This document shows, one piece after another, positions 45,218 to 56,636 of a stretch of DNA of 64,000 bases (its first letter is position 1; each line of letters starts with the position of its first letter). A model generated the notes under the pieces. That model saw only the letters and a list, made by a program, of their open reading frames with translations, had not been told where the DNA came from and ran no database searches. Source of the stretch: Amoebidium appalachense (lineage: Eukaryota; Protista; Ichthyosporea); the NCBI GenBank assembly GCA_963693365.1, contig CAVNZM010000017.1, positions 5,632,708 to 5,696,707 of the forward strand, given 5' to 3'. A program made the position numbers and the translations under genes.

Positions 45218-45996
45218 TTGAATGCGTCAAAAAGTACGAAGTACACAAGAACAAACGGATAACACGATGCAGAATGCAAGCCATACATAAAGAGGATGCA
45301 TAATAAGCAGAGCCCATCCTCAGGGGGGGCCCACGTCATCCACAGTACCCGAGTTTCGACCTATTCCCCTCGTTAACGAAACCCAACTCAGATACTGTTT
45401 CACTTGAACATGAGTAGGTCACCCGTCTTGATCAGAGACGAGCAGGGTTGCTTATGCAGGCAAGGGCAGTGGGAAAGGCCGGGGGTTAAAGTTGCAGCAG
45501 TAAGCAGAAGCAAGAAAAATATAGATAGGAACTCAGGAGACGGGGCTTCTAGGAAGCTCCCCCGTCGATACCTAAGTCGATACTTCCCTGGCTAACATAC
45601 TACACCAGCTGAAAAGAATTAAGTCCCGAAGGCCGCAGAATTCGCAATCAGAGGGGAAAATATGAGAGGGGGGGGGGGGGTTCGGCAGGAAGCACCTGGC
45701 AAGCTGTATGTCTGCTGCCACGGCCTCGTCAAAGAACACTAGAGTGAAGAGCAGATGATCCGGGTCCTGTGCTGCTAAAGCAAACCCTTCGGAGCTGTGC
45801 ACAGACCCAATCAGCTTGCGCATCGCACGCCGGGCGTTAAGCTTGCGGCCTGCTAGGCGCACACATGTTGACACGTTGAATGAACCGGGGCTCTCGTCAC
45901 TTGACCCCTCATCGTCATCGTCAGAGCCATCACTGTCGAAAGACCCAACCTCCATACCACACTCAGGCAAGGAACGGTTGCCATTATTGCCATAAG
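41491..45996 (-). CDS. OTU-like cysteine protease + CXC Zn cluster + Myb/SANT-like + C-terminal Zn ribbon protein (5' end unresolved; possibly transposon-derived)
   Basis: Phase-consistent exons 45996-45696, 43921-43097, 42478-41491. OTU motifs TPADGNCLFHSV and ADHYS. CXC-like CSC..C..RCICAKNKRACTQACRCENCGN. Myb-like GRWSDAETALIESIV..KTLKQIKSKI. Terminal CSVC..CCRC. Confidence 0.8.
44031..45515 (-). mobile_element. Pair of 300-bp near-identical direct repeats (44031-44330, 45216-45515) flanking ~885 bp of non-coding DNA; most complete copies of the dispersed C-tailed repeat family
   Basis: Only two substitutions seen by eye. Located inside an intron of the OTU gene. Confidence 0.7.
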
Positions 45997-46088
45997 CTGC
46001 AGAGTGAACACAAAGACAGGGTGAGAGAATAGCTGGTCAATGGTTGCCAGGTCTATAAAGAACCCACTCCCAACCGAATCCCCCATCC

Positions 46089-46137
<49 letters not shown>

Positions 46138-46536
46138 AACATACATACACACACACATACACACACACACACCGCCCACACCCTCCCCACCCCCCCTCTT
46201 GCTCTCGGCCCCCCCCCCCTGCCCTAATTCTCCACTTCCCCCTTCTCCCTCTCCGTCCCACCCTCCCGCCCTTCCTCTTTACCGACTGCCCTCCTCTCTT
46301 TGCCCCTCTCTTTCTGTCTTTTCCGCCATCCCTCCCTCTACCCTTTCTCCCCCTCCCTCCTTCCCTCCAACCCTCCCACCCACCCATCCTTCCCTCCCTT
46401 TCTCCCTACCCTGACCTCTCCCCCTTCCCCCCTCCCCTGTCTTTAACATACACACACAGGCACACACATACACGCCCCCCCCCCCCTCTCCCCTTCTCTG
46501 TACCCACCCACCCACCCACCCACATTACACACACAA

Positions 46537-46585
<49 letters not shown>

Positions 46586-47146
46586 CAACACACACACACA
46601 CTCACTACACACACACAGGCACATACACACACAGACAAGCACACACCCACAGGCATACACCGTGACACACAGAAACTCTCTACCCACTATCCTGTACTGC
46701 CTCTTGACTAATTGTATGCTTAAAGGGGAAGGGAGGGAAGGGGGAAAAGCGGAGGAGTGGGCTTTAAGTGGGTACACTGCACAGAATGGTCACACAAAAC
46801 ATATGGAACACGTTGCCACACATACCCTATCGGGTGATAGCAACATATAAGAGGCAAGCCAAAGCAGAAAAGGCAGCATGCCATGCCAAACAGATCATGG
46901 GAGAGGCACAAAGGTCCATAAGATTAAGTGCAAGGGAAGGCCTGAGCGGTGAAGGCATTGGTATCCACAAGATGCAAAAGGACACACCTAACGTATTACA
47001 TAAAAAACAACTTCTAAAACGGAGGAACCACCTGTAAGGCCCAGAACAGAGAGACAGGGGAGGGGAGAGAAAAAGTGGAAAAGAGGCAGGGGGTGGTGGG
47101 GAGAGAGGGGGGGAGGGGGGGGGGGGGGGGGAGAGGGGGGAATCAC

Positions 47147-47506
47147 CTGATGGACTCCCTCCGCTGTAGATGCATCTATCCGGCCGCCATGACGGGTTTG
47201 ATGCCACACCCAATCCCTGAGGAAGGGCTGGGGAGGGCACGTGCCAGCTTCGACAGAGTCCTCATGATCCGCTATGCAATAATCAATGTACCGTGCAACG
47301 AATGGCTGTTCCAGCTTGGCATGATCTTTAGACCAAGATTTGTTTTCCTTAATGACTTTTTTGTTCACCCCATCTGGGTTGTTTGTTGAACCCGCTGCAG
47401 CCAAAAGACAAAAGGCGAGGATAACATGAACGAGAATCCTCAGCAAAGCCCAATGGCCTTGCCCACGTCCAATGCGGACGCGAGCATGTTTGTAACCCAT
47501 GCTCAC
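47147..47506 (-). CDS. Putative first coding exon (of the OTU gene or a separate gene), with a hydrophobic N-terminal segment
   Basis: Non-repetitive ~120-codon stretch (MSMGYKH..WALLRILVHVILAFCLLAAAG..) ending at CAG|GTGATT followed by a C-run. I could not join it in frame to exon 45996. Confidence 0.4.
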
Positions 47507-47906
47507 ACAAAATATGTACTGTCAGTTATGATCGAGCATTAAAGGGTGTTGTCTGTTTTTATTATTTTTATATGAGCCTACTGCAATATGATAAGGATGC
47601 TAGCGCTGTGTCACACCTGTCAACTGCCAGTCCAGGCTGTGACTGCCCGTTCAAGTACGCCACCACCTGCACGTGGTTGACGTGGTCTTGCTTAGCCCGC
47701 CTTTCGAGTTTATTCCTCGAATCAGACGCCACCAACGATGAGCCACAAAAACGGGTCAGAAAACGGGTCAGGAACGATTCGAGCTGATTCGACCCATAAT
47801 AGTTCGAACCGACCCATTTATGCCCCAAATAAATTTTTATTAGATGTATTGATTGGCTTGAGAAACACATCACTACAAAATTATAGCGCACGCGCACACA
47901 CACACA

Positions 47907-47961
<55 letters not shown>

Positions 47962-47993
47962 CCAGCTGATACCGAGTGTCCCGAGGGGAGCCC

Positions 47994-48051
<58 letters not shown>

Positions 48052-48284
48052 GGGGAACCCCAACTAATTGATTTCTCCTTGTAGTCTTTATGGTGTCTCG
48101 TAGAGAAAGTAAACCCTGATATATAGTCACCACCCGACATCTATGTACGTGATCATGATATACCGCTGAGGGGATATTCCGAGCAAAACCCCCCCCCCCC
48201 ATACCTGAGACTGGTTCTCTTTGCCTCGAGTAAACAGCGTAAACCCCAAATAAATTTGGCACCAAATAATTTGGCACGAACCTG

Positions 48285-48445
48285 GTGACGTAAAATGTGG
48301 CACGAATTTATTTGGCACCAGCCCGCTAGCGGAGCACATCCAGGGGTATCCCCAAGCTCCTGTCGGTGCCTGGGCGACATCCTGCCCCATTTTCACCGTT
48401 TTGCAGGCTCGTGCCAAATAAATTTCGTGCCAAATATTACGTCAC
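48285..48445. repeat. Imperfect ~42-bp inverted repeat (MITE-like or transposon-end-like)
   Basis: GTGACGTAAAATGTGGCACGAATTTATTTGGCACCAGCCCGC (48285-48326) vs GCAGGCTCGTGCCAAATAAATTTCGTGCCAAATATTACGTCAC (48403-48445). Extra TTTGGCAC copies at 48255 and 48270. Confidence 0.7.
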
Positions 48446-49145
48446 ACCCTAGGAGCTTGGGAATTGAGGGTAGCACCCATAAAGCCCTTGCTACCTGTGT
48501 TTATGTCCCATAAAAGGCAAGTGAAGTAGCCAATAGGGACGCTGAGGCTCACTTGGCTCAAATTCCTGAACGAACGCCCGGCTCCGGGCGGCATCTGTGT
48601 AGCCTGAGAAAGTGTGGAGACACGGCCGAAATGAATGTAATCAAAAGATTTTGAAATGTTCTATGTTGTACGAGACCGCATAACAAAGGTAGAGTGCAAC
48701 AAAAAACAACATCAATAGCAATACAGCAGCCTACGTAAATCGAATAGAAATAGATGCTGCGTATACGTATGCTGTAATTACATAAATATAACTTTTTGCT
48801 ATTTTATCAGCCGGCCACGCATGCACAATTCCGAGTTCCCTTTTTCTGCAGCTGCATGCCCTGATATTCCGGTGACTTGACCTTCTGCTGTATGGGCTTA
48901 GTACTCTCTTGCTGCAAATGCGTGCCAAAGAAAGCTGTGCACACGTTACGAGTGGCTGTTTAAGTAGCCTCCCAATCGAGTGCCGCCTGGCGCCGCTGAA
49001 CATTTAGTAACATCCGTGTACAATATAAAAAGTATTATTATGGTTGTGAATTATTGTGCCGCGTGTGTGCTAAGAAGCATAAACCCAACAAGTATGTTTC
49101 GGTACCCAGGGTGATTAGGTAAAAGTGGGGGGGGGGGAGGGGGGG

Positions 49146-49270
<125 letters not shown>

Positions 49271-49383
49271 CTTTACAGAGCTCACGAGGTACACGGTTTC
49301 TTTCTTTTTCTTTCTTTCTTTTTTTTTTTTTTTTTTTTCTTTTGGGGGGAGGGGGGGAGGGGGGGGGGAGGGGGGGGGGGGGA

Positions 49384-49414
<31 letters not shown>

Positions 49415-49693
49415 AGGGGGGGAGAGGGGGGGGGGGGGGGGGGGGGGGGGGACAAATCTAAATGTGGTACACTCAATCACAACCGACAATACAAAACATC
49501 CCCCTCCCCCTGCCCACACACACACACACCCCACCACCACCACCACCACCACCACCACCACCACCAAAATTCAAATCCCCCCCCACCCCCCCCCCCAAAA
49601 AAAAAAAAATCCTTCCTTAAAAAGGAGTAAGAGGTGGGGGGAGGGGGATGGAAGGGGGGGGGGAAGGGGGGGGGGGGGGGGTGGCGGCAGGTT

Positions 49694-49727
<34 letters not shown>

Positions 49728-50536
49728 ATAATTCTGCACTAGACACCTCTCGTATAGGCAAGGCCCCCGACAAACCAACACAGGAGGCCTTGGTCACTGT
49801 GGCAGTGGCCTCTTAATTGTCGCAACTTAAAGGGTGCTACGCAGTCCATGTGTGCAGATGTGTGCACGGTGTGTATGTGTGTGTTACAGTACCATGCTCT
49901 CGTTATGGGTATGTGTATACATGGTCATGTGTTCATCGCAGGAAAGCTTGTTTCGATGTTTAACTTCCGATCGTGCTAATTGTAACTACGGTATTTGCTT
50001 AAAACCTGTCACAGTACCCCAACCTGAGGCAAAAAGGAAAGTACGCGGCGAATTGAATCGAAGGCCCATAGGATAGGTGAATTTTTCGAGTGTAATCTTT
50101 AACAATATTTTTGCTTTCTTTCTCAGCCTTCTTTTCCATATGCAAACCGGTTTCTTTTCCATCTTTTCCTCGAACCGGGGGAACCTAGAGGGGGTGGGGG
50201 TGGAGTGGGGGGGGGGGAAGGGGGGGGGGGGGGGGTGGGAGAGGAGGGGAAAAGGGGGAGGGGGGAGGGGGGGGGGAAGGGGGGGGGGGGGAGGGTAGGG
50301 GTAGGGGAGGGGAGCGGGAAGATAACAAACGAAAATCAAGGCAACCCAAACAAGAGATACCTGGCTCGACATACACGAGCAGAGCGCAGTTTTGAGGCGT
50401 TATTTGGTTTCTATTCCACCGTTTTTGTGTGGGTGCACGTTCCTCCCTGTGTATGTGTGCGTGCTTAAATGCATGTGTGTGTGTATGTGTGTGTGTGTGT
50501 GTGTGTGGTGGTGGTGGTGGTGGTGGGGTGGTGGTC

Positions 50537-50583
<47 letters not shown>

Positions 50584-50994
50584 GGGGGTAAGGTTACTCA
50601 ACGGCCGATAGGAGACCATTACCAGTTACAGTACTATTATAACTTATCAATTACTACGAACTCATAATTAATTAACGTCAGTGTCTGTGAAAGTCGTGTA
50701 ACTGCAGTGTTCATACCAGCAAGACGGCAAGGGCTTCGGCCGTCATACCCCGTAGCTAAAAAATAGCCTATAGTATGCAATCTCTGCAATTGATACTTCT
50801 AATACTATCACAGTCAATGATGTGCGAGGATTGAATACTTGGATTATACTGTGGCACACGTTCTGATTTCAACTAATAGTATCTGTTCGTCAGTCTCCTC
50901 CTAGGTTCAGCGTCTGAGAAAGCGGGTTATCAGACCGTTCAAGGCTATGGGGGCCCAACCCAAGCAAATTTGGGCTGCATTTAATAGAACAACC

Positions 50995-51160
50995 TGCTTT
51001 TGCAAAATAGTCCTGTTCCAGCAAAATTGTGCTGTTTCAGAATCTGGCAGAGCAATCCTGCTTCTGCAGAACGATTCAGCTTTTGCTGAATAAATTTGCT
51101 TTTAGCAGAATAATAAACCTAGACTTTTTGCAGCACAATTCTGCTTTTGCAAAATAAGCG
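50995..51160. repeat. Cluster of GCTTTTGCAAAATA-type motifs with an internal inverted repeat
   Basis: AGCAAAATTGTGCTG (~51020) pairs with CAGCACAATTCTGCT (~51131); GCTTTTGCAAAATA occurs at both ends. Confidence 0.5.
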
Positions 51161-51422
51161 ACTGGGTGCGCCCTGCGCACATACATGCCCTGCCCTTTGG
51201 CCCTAGCTTGGCCGGTCACGGCCTGTTGAACTCAATATGCCCCCTCTGCAGCTGCAATTTCAGCTCTCCCCCCCCCCCCCCCCCCCCCCCCCCCACCCCA
51301 CCCCAGAGACCCACGTGCACTACACACTGTGACAGACGTCCTGACAGACAGACATGTGTACACGTGCACTGGTGCACACGCAAACGCACACACGCGCGTG
51401 CCCACACACTGACACACACACA

Positions 51423-51453
<31 letters not shown>

Positions 51454-52749
51454 GCGCGCGCACACACACACGTGTACACATGTGCACACACATACACATA
51501 CACACACACACATACACACACACACACACACACGCACATACGTCGACACATGTACACAACTGCAAGGACTAGCACACACGAACATCCACATGTGCACGTG
51601 CACATACATAATGTAGGCGCACCCAATTGCCACACAGACACTCGTCAGGTCTTCCGTTTCAGATCTGCATCATTCCCGTGATAGGGCACCGCATTCATTC
51701 ATTGTCTCAGTGTGTGGGATGGTCACAACTTCACCCATCTGGGCTATGTGCTTGGACTCGGCCGGATCTAGAGTGATGACCTTTGGTAAACTTCGGGACC
51801 CCACTCCCAGCACCATGCATAAAAGGCAGCATCAACGAAAGTCAAATATGACCAGGGCATAAATGTCGCACATAAAGCTTTTATTATTTTTTTATAGTTA
51901 GATGTACAGTAATAATATTAATAATTGAAAAAAATTCTGACTGATAAAGGTGCTTTTCTTGTTTTATTTTGTTTTCGTTTTCTCGTATTTTCTGCCCATT
52001 GGGGTGTCAAGTTAGTTTGAGGGGAAGACATCTCTAGAATTAAGTCTAGATTGCTATTTATTCTTCTTCGACCAATCAGGACAACAGTGTAAAAACGGCG
52101 AAGAAAGTGCATGACATAAGAACATTTAAAGCTGCTTTATATGTATGGAGTCGTTCTGATTGGTAAAATGTTAGGCATGCTGATGACTACAATCAACAGA
52201 CCGGAGAAACCACGCAATCACTCTCTGTGTGCGATTGGTCAGCTTGTTTTTCGGACATTCGTAGATGAAAAGTACTTTCGAGATCATGTTAACATTGCGT
52301 AGCAAACTAGAGCTAAAACAATTCATATATCTTCTACCTTGCTTCTGAATCTTCTCCATTGCTCTCGAATTTAATCATTCAACGTTTCTTATTTCTAAGC
52401 AGGAAGAAAATGATATGCAATATTCTGGCTGACTTCCTCTGTCTCCTATATAGGCCTGGATCCCGTGACGGGATCTATTCTAAGCTTTCTAAGCCATCAA
52501 TACAAGTCATTCTATTTTCCATTCAAATGCGCTACAAGTCATGCAATCTAATTTGCTAGCTAGCTATTGGCTCAAAATTGTGGATTGTGTCCCGTTCCTC
52601 GATCGCCAAGGCTTCATACACCGTGTATATTGCTGCCCTTCAACACCTGTCAACTCAGTCAGTTTCCGTGAACGGTGTGAAAGAGTACCCAAACAAAACT
52701 TTCCTTTGAATACACCTACAATACACTACTTGCTTTTACACTATAGAAA

Positions 52750-54216
52750 ATGGAGGTTCAACTAGAAGTAAACACAAACCGTGCTCGCCTTAGAGTCACT
52801 GCTCTGTGCATCTCGCTCGTTCTTCTCGTAAGCGCTTTGTTGGTGCTAAACGGTGGGTTCCAGAGTGTTAACAGTTTCACAATCACTCAGAGGTCAGTAA
52901 AACTCCTTAGCAGCGCTGAAATTCAGAAAATTATGAAAGAGGAGGCAGAGAAAGAACTCAACATGAAAGCAGACACCCACCCAGAGAAGAAATTCGATGC
53001 GTTTCACTTCCCCTGCGCCGGAAACAAAACCGAGAGCGAGCACGAATCCGGATGCATGAAACACAGCTCAGGAATCAAGATTCACCTCTCTCGTGATATC
53101 TGCATTGGCATGGATTTTATTGCTATTATGGCGAGGGACAAACAACACCACGATGAGTTGCAGAGGTGCTGTTTTGCAAAGGAGCGGATTGAGGATGTGT
53201 GGAACACACCGGGTTGCTCGGAGGAGGTTCAGGCCGTGTGCCGGGCAACAAAGGGGAAGAAGGGTGGCACCCACCTAACCGTGGAGCTGTGGGACAAAAA
53301 TGACACCCTCAAGCGTGGCCTAAAATATGTAACCGGTGACTCCTATTGGCTGTTCACCCCGTCTCTCGGCGAGCATTTTGGCCACCAGATTAACCGCTAC
53401 ATGCAGCTTTTTAATATCATGCACGAGAATGGCATGCCCCAGTTTGAGCGCATCGTCTCTCGCCAGTCCCGTCCCCACCACGAGCACCTCCGTGCAATTG
53501 CCCAGCCCATTGCCGCCGACCTTTTCAAGAAGTCTTTCTTCCTCGAGGATATCTTGGAGCAGAAGATGAGGGTCATCTGCATGGAGAAGGCGTGGGAGCC
53601 AGCCCGTGACCAGCTCGAGTACGTCTTGCAGACGGAGGAGCAAGGCCAGTGGTGGAGGGAGTTTGCCGCCAAGTCCTACGCCCAGTACGGATACAACAAC
53701 ACGGCCGAATGCCCCCCGCCACGTGCTGTTGTTCTGCAGCGCACCGAGGGCACAGGCAGACGCATGATTTTAAATTACGACGTGCTGGATCGTGTTTTTG
53801 CACGCCACGGCATGACGTACACAAATGTGAGCATTGGTGGGGAGGATGGGTCGGACCGCCAGATCTCTCTCTTCAACAACTTTGGGCTGATGGTGTCTTC
53901 TCACAGTTCCCAGCTTAAGAATCTGATCTTTGCGCCAAAGAATTCGATAGTAATTGAGACCCGCGGTGTTCCTGCCGACTACATGGCCCGGTCTCCCTTC
54001 TCAATGGGAGTTGCCGGTCCTCTCAACGTGCACTTCTTTGTCAGCAACGAGCACATTCCAGACTACTCCAGCTGCCCGGAATCGCACGGCTGCAAGACGG
54101 AGAAAATGTACAAGACCGACTACTGGCTGAGGGAGGATTTGTTTGAGATGACGCTCAAAAAGGCGCTGGCTGCACAGAAAGAGAAGTGTGGAGATATCTG
54201 GGCAAAGCGCGCTTAA
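52750..54216 (+). CDS. Type II membrane glycosyltransferase, GT61 (DUF563)-like, 488 aa, intronless CDS
   Basis: N-terminal TM segment (VTALCISLVLLVSALLVL), HFGH motif, RRMILNYD, and QISLFNNFGLMVSSHSSQLKNLIFAPKNSIVIE matching the GT61 Q...F.....v..HGa.l.N..F......viE motif. Confidence 0.8.
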   Translation: MEVQLEVNTNRARLRVTALCISLVLLVSALLVLNGGFQSVNSFTITQRSVKLLSSAEIQKIMKEEAEKELNMKADTHPEKKFDAFHFPCAGNKTESEHESGCMKHSSGIKIHLSRDICIGMDFIAIMARDKQHHDELQRCCFAKERIEDVWNTPGCSEEVQAVCRATKGKKGGTHLTVELWDKNDTLKRGLKYVTGDSYWLFTPSLGEHFGHQINRYMQLFNIMHENGMPQFERIVSRQSRPHHEHLRAIAQPIAADLFKKSFFLEDILEQKMRVICMEKAWEPARDQLEYVLQTEEQGQWWREFAAKSYAQYGYNNTAECPPPRAVVLQRTEGTGRRMILNYDVLDRVFARHGMTYTNVSIGGEDGSDRQISLFNNFGLMVSSHSSQLKNLIFAPKNSIVIETRGVPADYMARSPFSMGVAGPLNVHFFVSNEHIPDYSSCPESHGCKTEKMYKTDYWLREDLFEMTLKKALAAQKEKCGDIWAKRA

Positions 54217-54792
54217 GGGGGTAGTTTTAAAATTACAATTTTGTGATAAGCGTAGTTGTAAGATTACAATTTTGTGATAAGCCTGTGTTTGTGAACAGGG
54301 ACTTACGTGTTGTTATTATTATGCGAATGTGAATTAATATTAAGCGAATGGTAACAAATATACGTATCTATGGACGTAGTAACATGTTGAGCTTAACCGC
54401 TACGTACACGGCTGAGCTAAAGCAACGGTATTAAAGTATGTATCATAGTATTTCGAAAGCAAATATAAATTTGATAACCGTACCGAATGTACCACGAATT
54501 CCTGCAATGTATACATATATAGAAGCGATGATGGTGGTAAACAAAACCACTTAATATTCGAAAAGCCGCCAAATTAATCACTGGGGTTTCTTCTCCCGTA
54601 GAGTATGTGCAGCGCAAGTTACTATGAAATATGAGCAGCAGCCTCCTGCTGCTGCAACATTACTAAAAGTATTCAATAAATACTTCTCAAAACACCAACA
54701 GGCCATAATGCACTAATGGAAGCAAGCGATCAATCCGTGGGCCGGGTGAGTCAGTGGTGACCCCCCTCCCCCCCCCCCCCCCCTTCCCTCCC

Positions 54793-54824
<32 letters not shown>

Positions 54825-55248
54825 AAACAAAACAAAAAATGGTGCCTACCACCACCACCACCATCACCAGTAGAGGATAAGTTGCTTGTGTGATATAGGG
54901 CTGCACCTGACCGAGTTTGCACTCGCATGTGTGTGGTAGCAATGGCAAATGAATGATGAGGCTGAACTCATGATATGCATGTACTGTACTGTTTGAAGTT
55001 CTATTTATCATCTGAGATTCTGGTGATGTGATGTGGAATATGTGTGTATGTTTTTGTAATTGCTCTCGTATGCAAATGACATTTGTGGTCGTTTTCGGGT
55101 TTGCGCACGCTACTCTGCGTATGTGTTGTGTGCTATATTCCTAGAATTTCTGTTTGTGTGCTTCAGAGCACGTGTGTTTTGGTGTGTGTGTGCACGGTGT
55201 GTGCTTATTTGTACGAGGCGTGGTTTATTTTATTTTTATTTTTTTTGT

Positions 55249-55326
<78 letters not shown>

Positions 55327-55403
55327 CGTTGGGGGGAGGGGGGGGGGAGGGGGGAAGGGGGGGGGGGGGGGAGGGGGGAGGGGGGCATATGCATGCATGC
55401 ATG

Positions 55404-55476
<73 letters not shown>

Positions 55477-55621
55477 ATGCCGCCATGTGCATCAGGCGCA
55501 CACGAAAGTGTACTTTTGTGCACGTGTGCGGGAGCACTGGCATGTGCGTGTGTGTGTAAGTGACCCCAGTTGGGCATTATACATACTTGTGCTTGTTCAT
55601 CACTACGTACAGTGTGTGTGT

Positions 55622-55653
<32 letters not shown>

Positions 55654-56226
55654 ACATTGTTGACCCGAGGCACAGAGACCAATACTGGGTGGGGGGGGGG
55701 GGGGGGGGGGGAAGGAGGGGGAAGGTGGGTGGGGGGGGGGGGGGGGGGGGAGGGGGTGGCTGCTACCGTAATTAGCCTTTACTACAATTTTTCTCTAGCT
55801 GCATCAGTACCGTAAACCAAAAGGATCATATTAGGATTAATACGGGTATTAGGCTAATGATTCAATCATAATTTGCAGGTACCTCCAGATTTTCGGTTTT
55901 TTATTGATCACCATGACATTGTGCCGCATGCGCACGCCGTGCGCCTATCAGATGGTGTGTGGCAACTGTTGTCTGCGTTTCAGCCTGCCCTATAGATAGC
56001 CGGCATGTATGTGTGTATGCCAAGCAGCTATGCAAGAGCTTGCAACGTGTGCGTGCGCGTGTAGTGCATGCACATGCAAGTGCGGAGGCCATTACTTTTT
56101 TTGGGGTGGTTGGGTGGTTGCCATGGGTACGGTGCGGGTAATTTAATTAGTGGTGTATTGAAACACAACCTGTGTGCGCCAAGACAGTGTACTTGTGTAT
56201 GTGTGTAAATGTTTGTGTGCCGCGTG

Positions 56227-56264
<38 letters not shown>

Positions 56265-56595
56265 CGTGTGTGTGTGTGTGTGTCTGTGTGTGTGGGTGTG
56301 TGCGTGTGTGTTACTGTGTGTTTCTGTATTCGTGTGTATGGCGTGTGAGTGTGTGTTTACATGTGTGTGTGTGTTTGTGTCAGTGTGTGTGTGTACGTGT
56401 GTGAGTGTAAGTGTGTGTGTGTTTGTGCATATGTGTCTGACATGTGTGTGTGTATGTATGTGTGCGTGTGTGCGTGTGTGCGTGTGTGCGGGCGTGTGTG
56501 TGTGTGTGTGTGTTTGTGTGTGTGCGTGCATTCGTGCGTTTGTGCGTGTGTATGTGTGTGTGTGTGGGTGGGTGGGTGGGTGGGTGTGTGTGTGT

Positions 56596-56636
<41 letters not shown>

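Noticed and set aside
46820-47033. Candidate linking exon between 47147 and 45996 (VCPFASCGYQCLHRSG..)
   Set aside because: Every acceptor/frame combination I tried hits a stop or the wrong phase; left unresolved (possible pseudogenisation or sequence error).
47214-47230. CCCTGAGGAAGGGCT resembling the repeat-family core
   Set aside because: No flanking similarity, lies within a putative exon and is antisense to it; likely chance.
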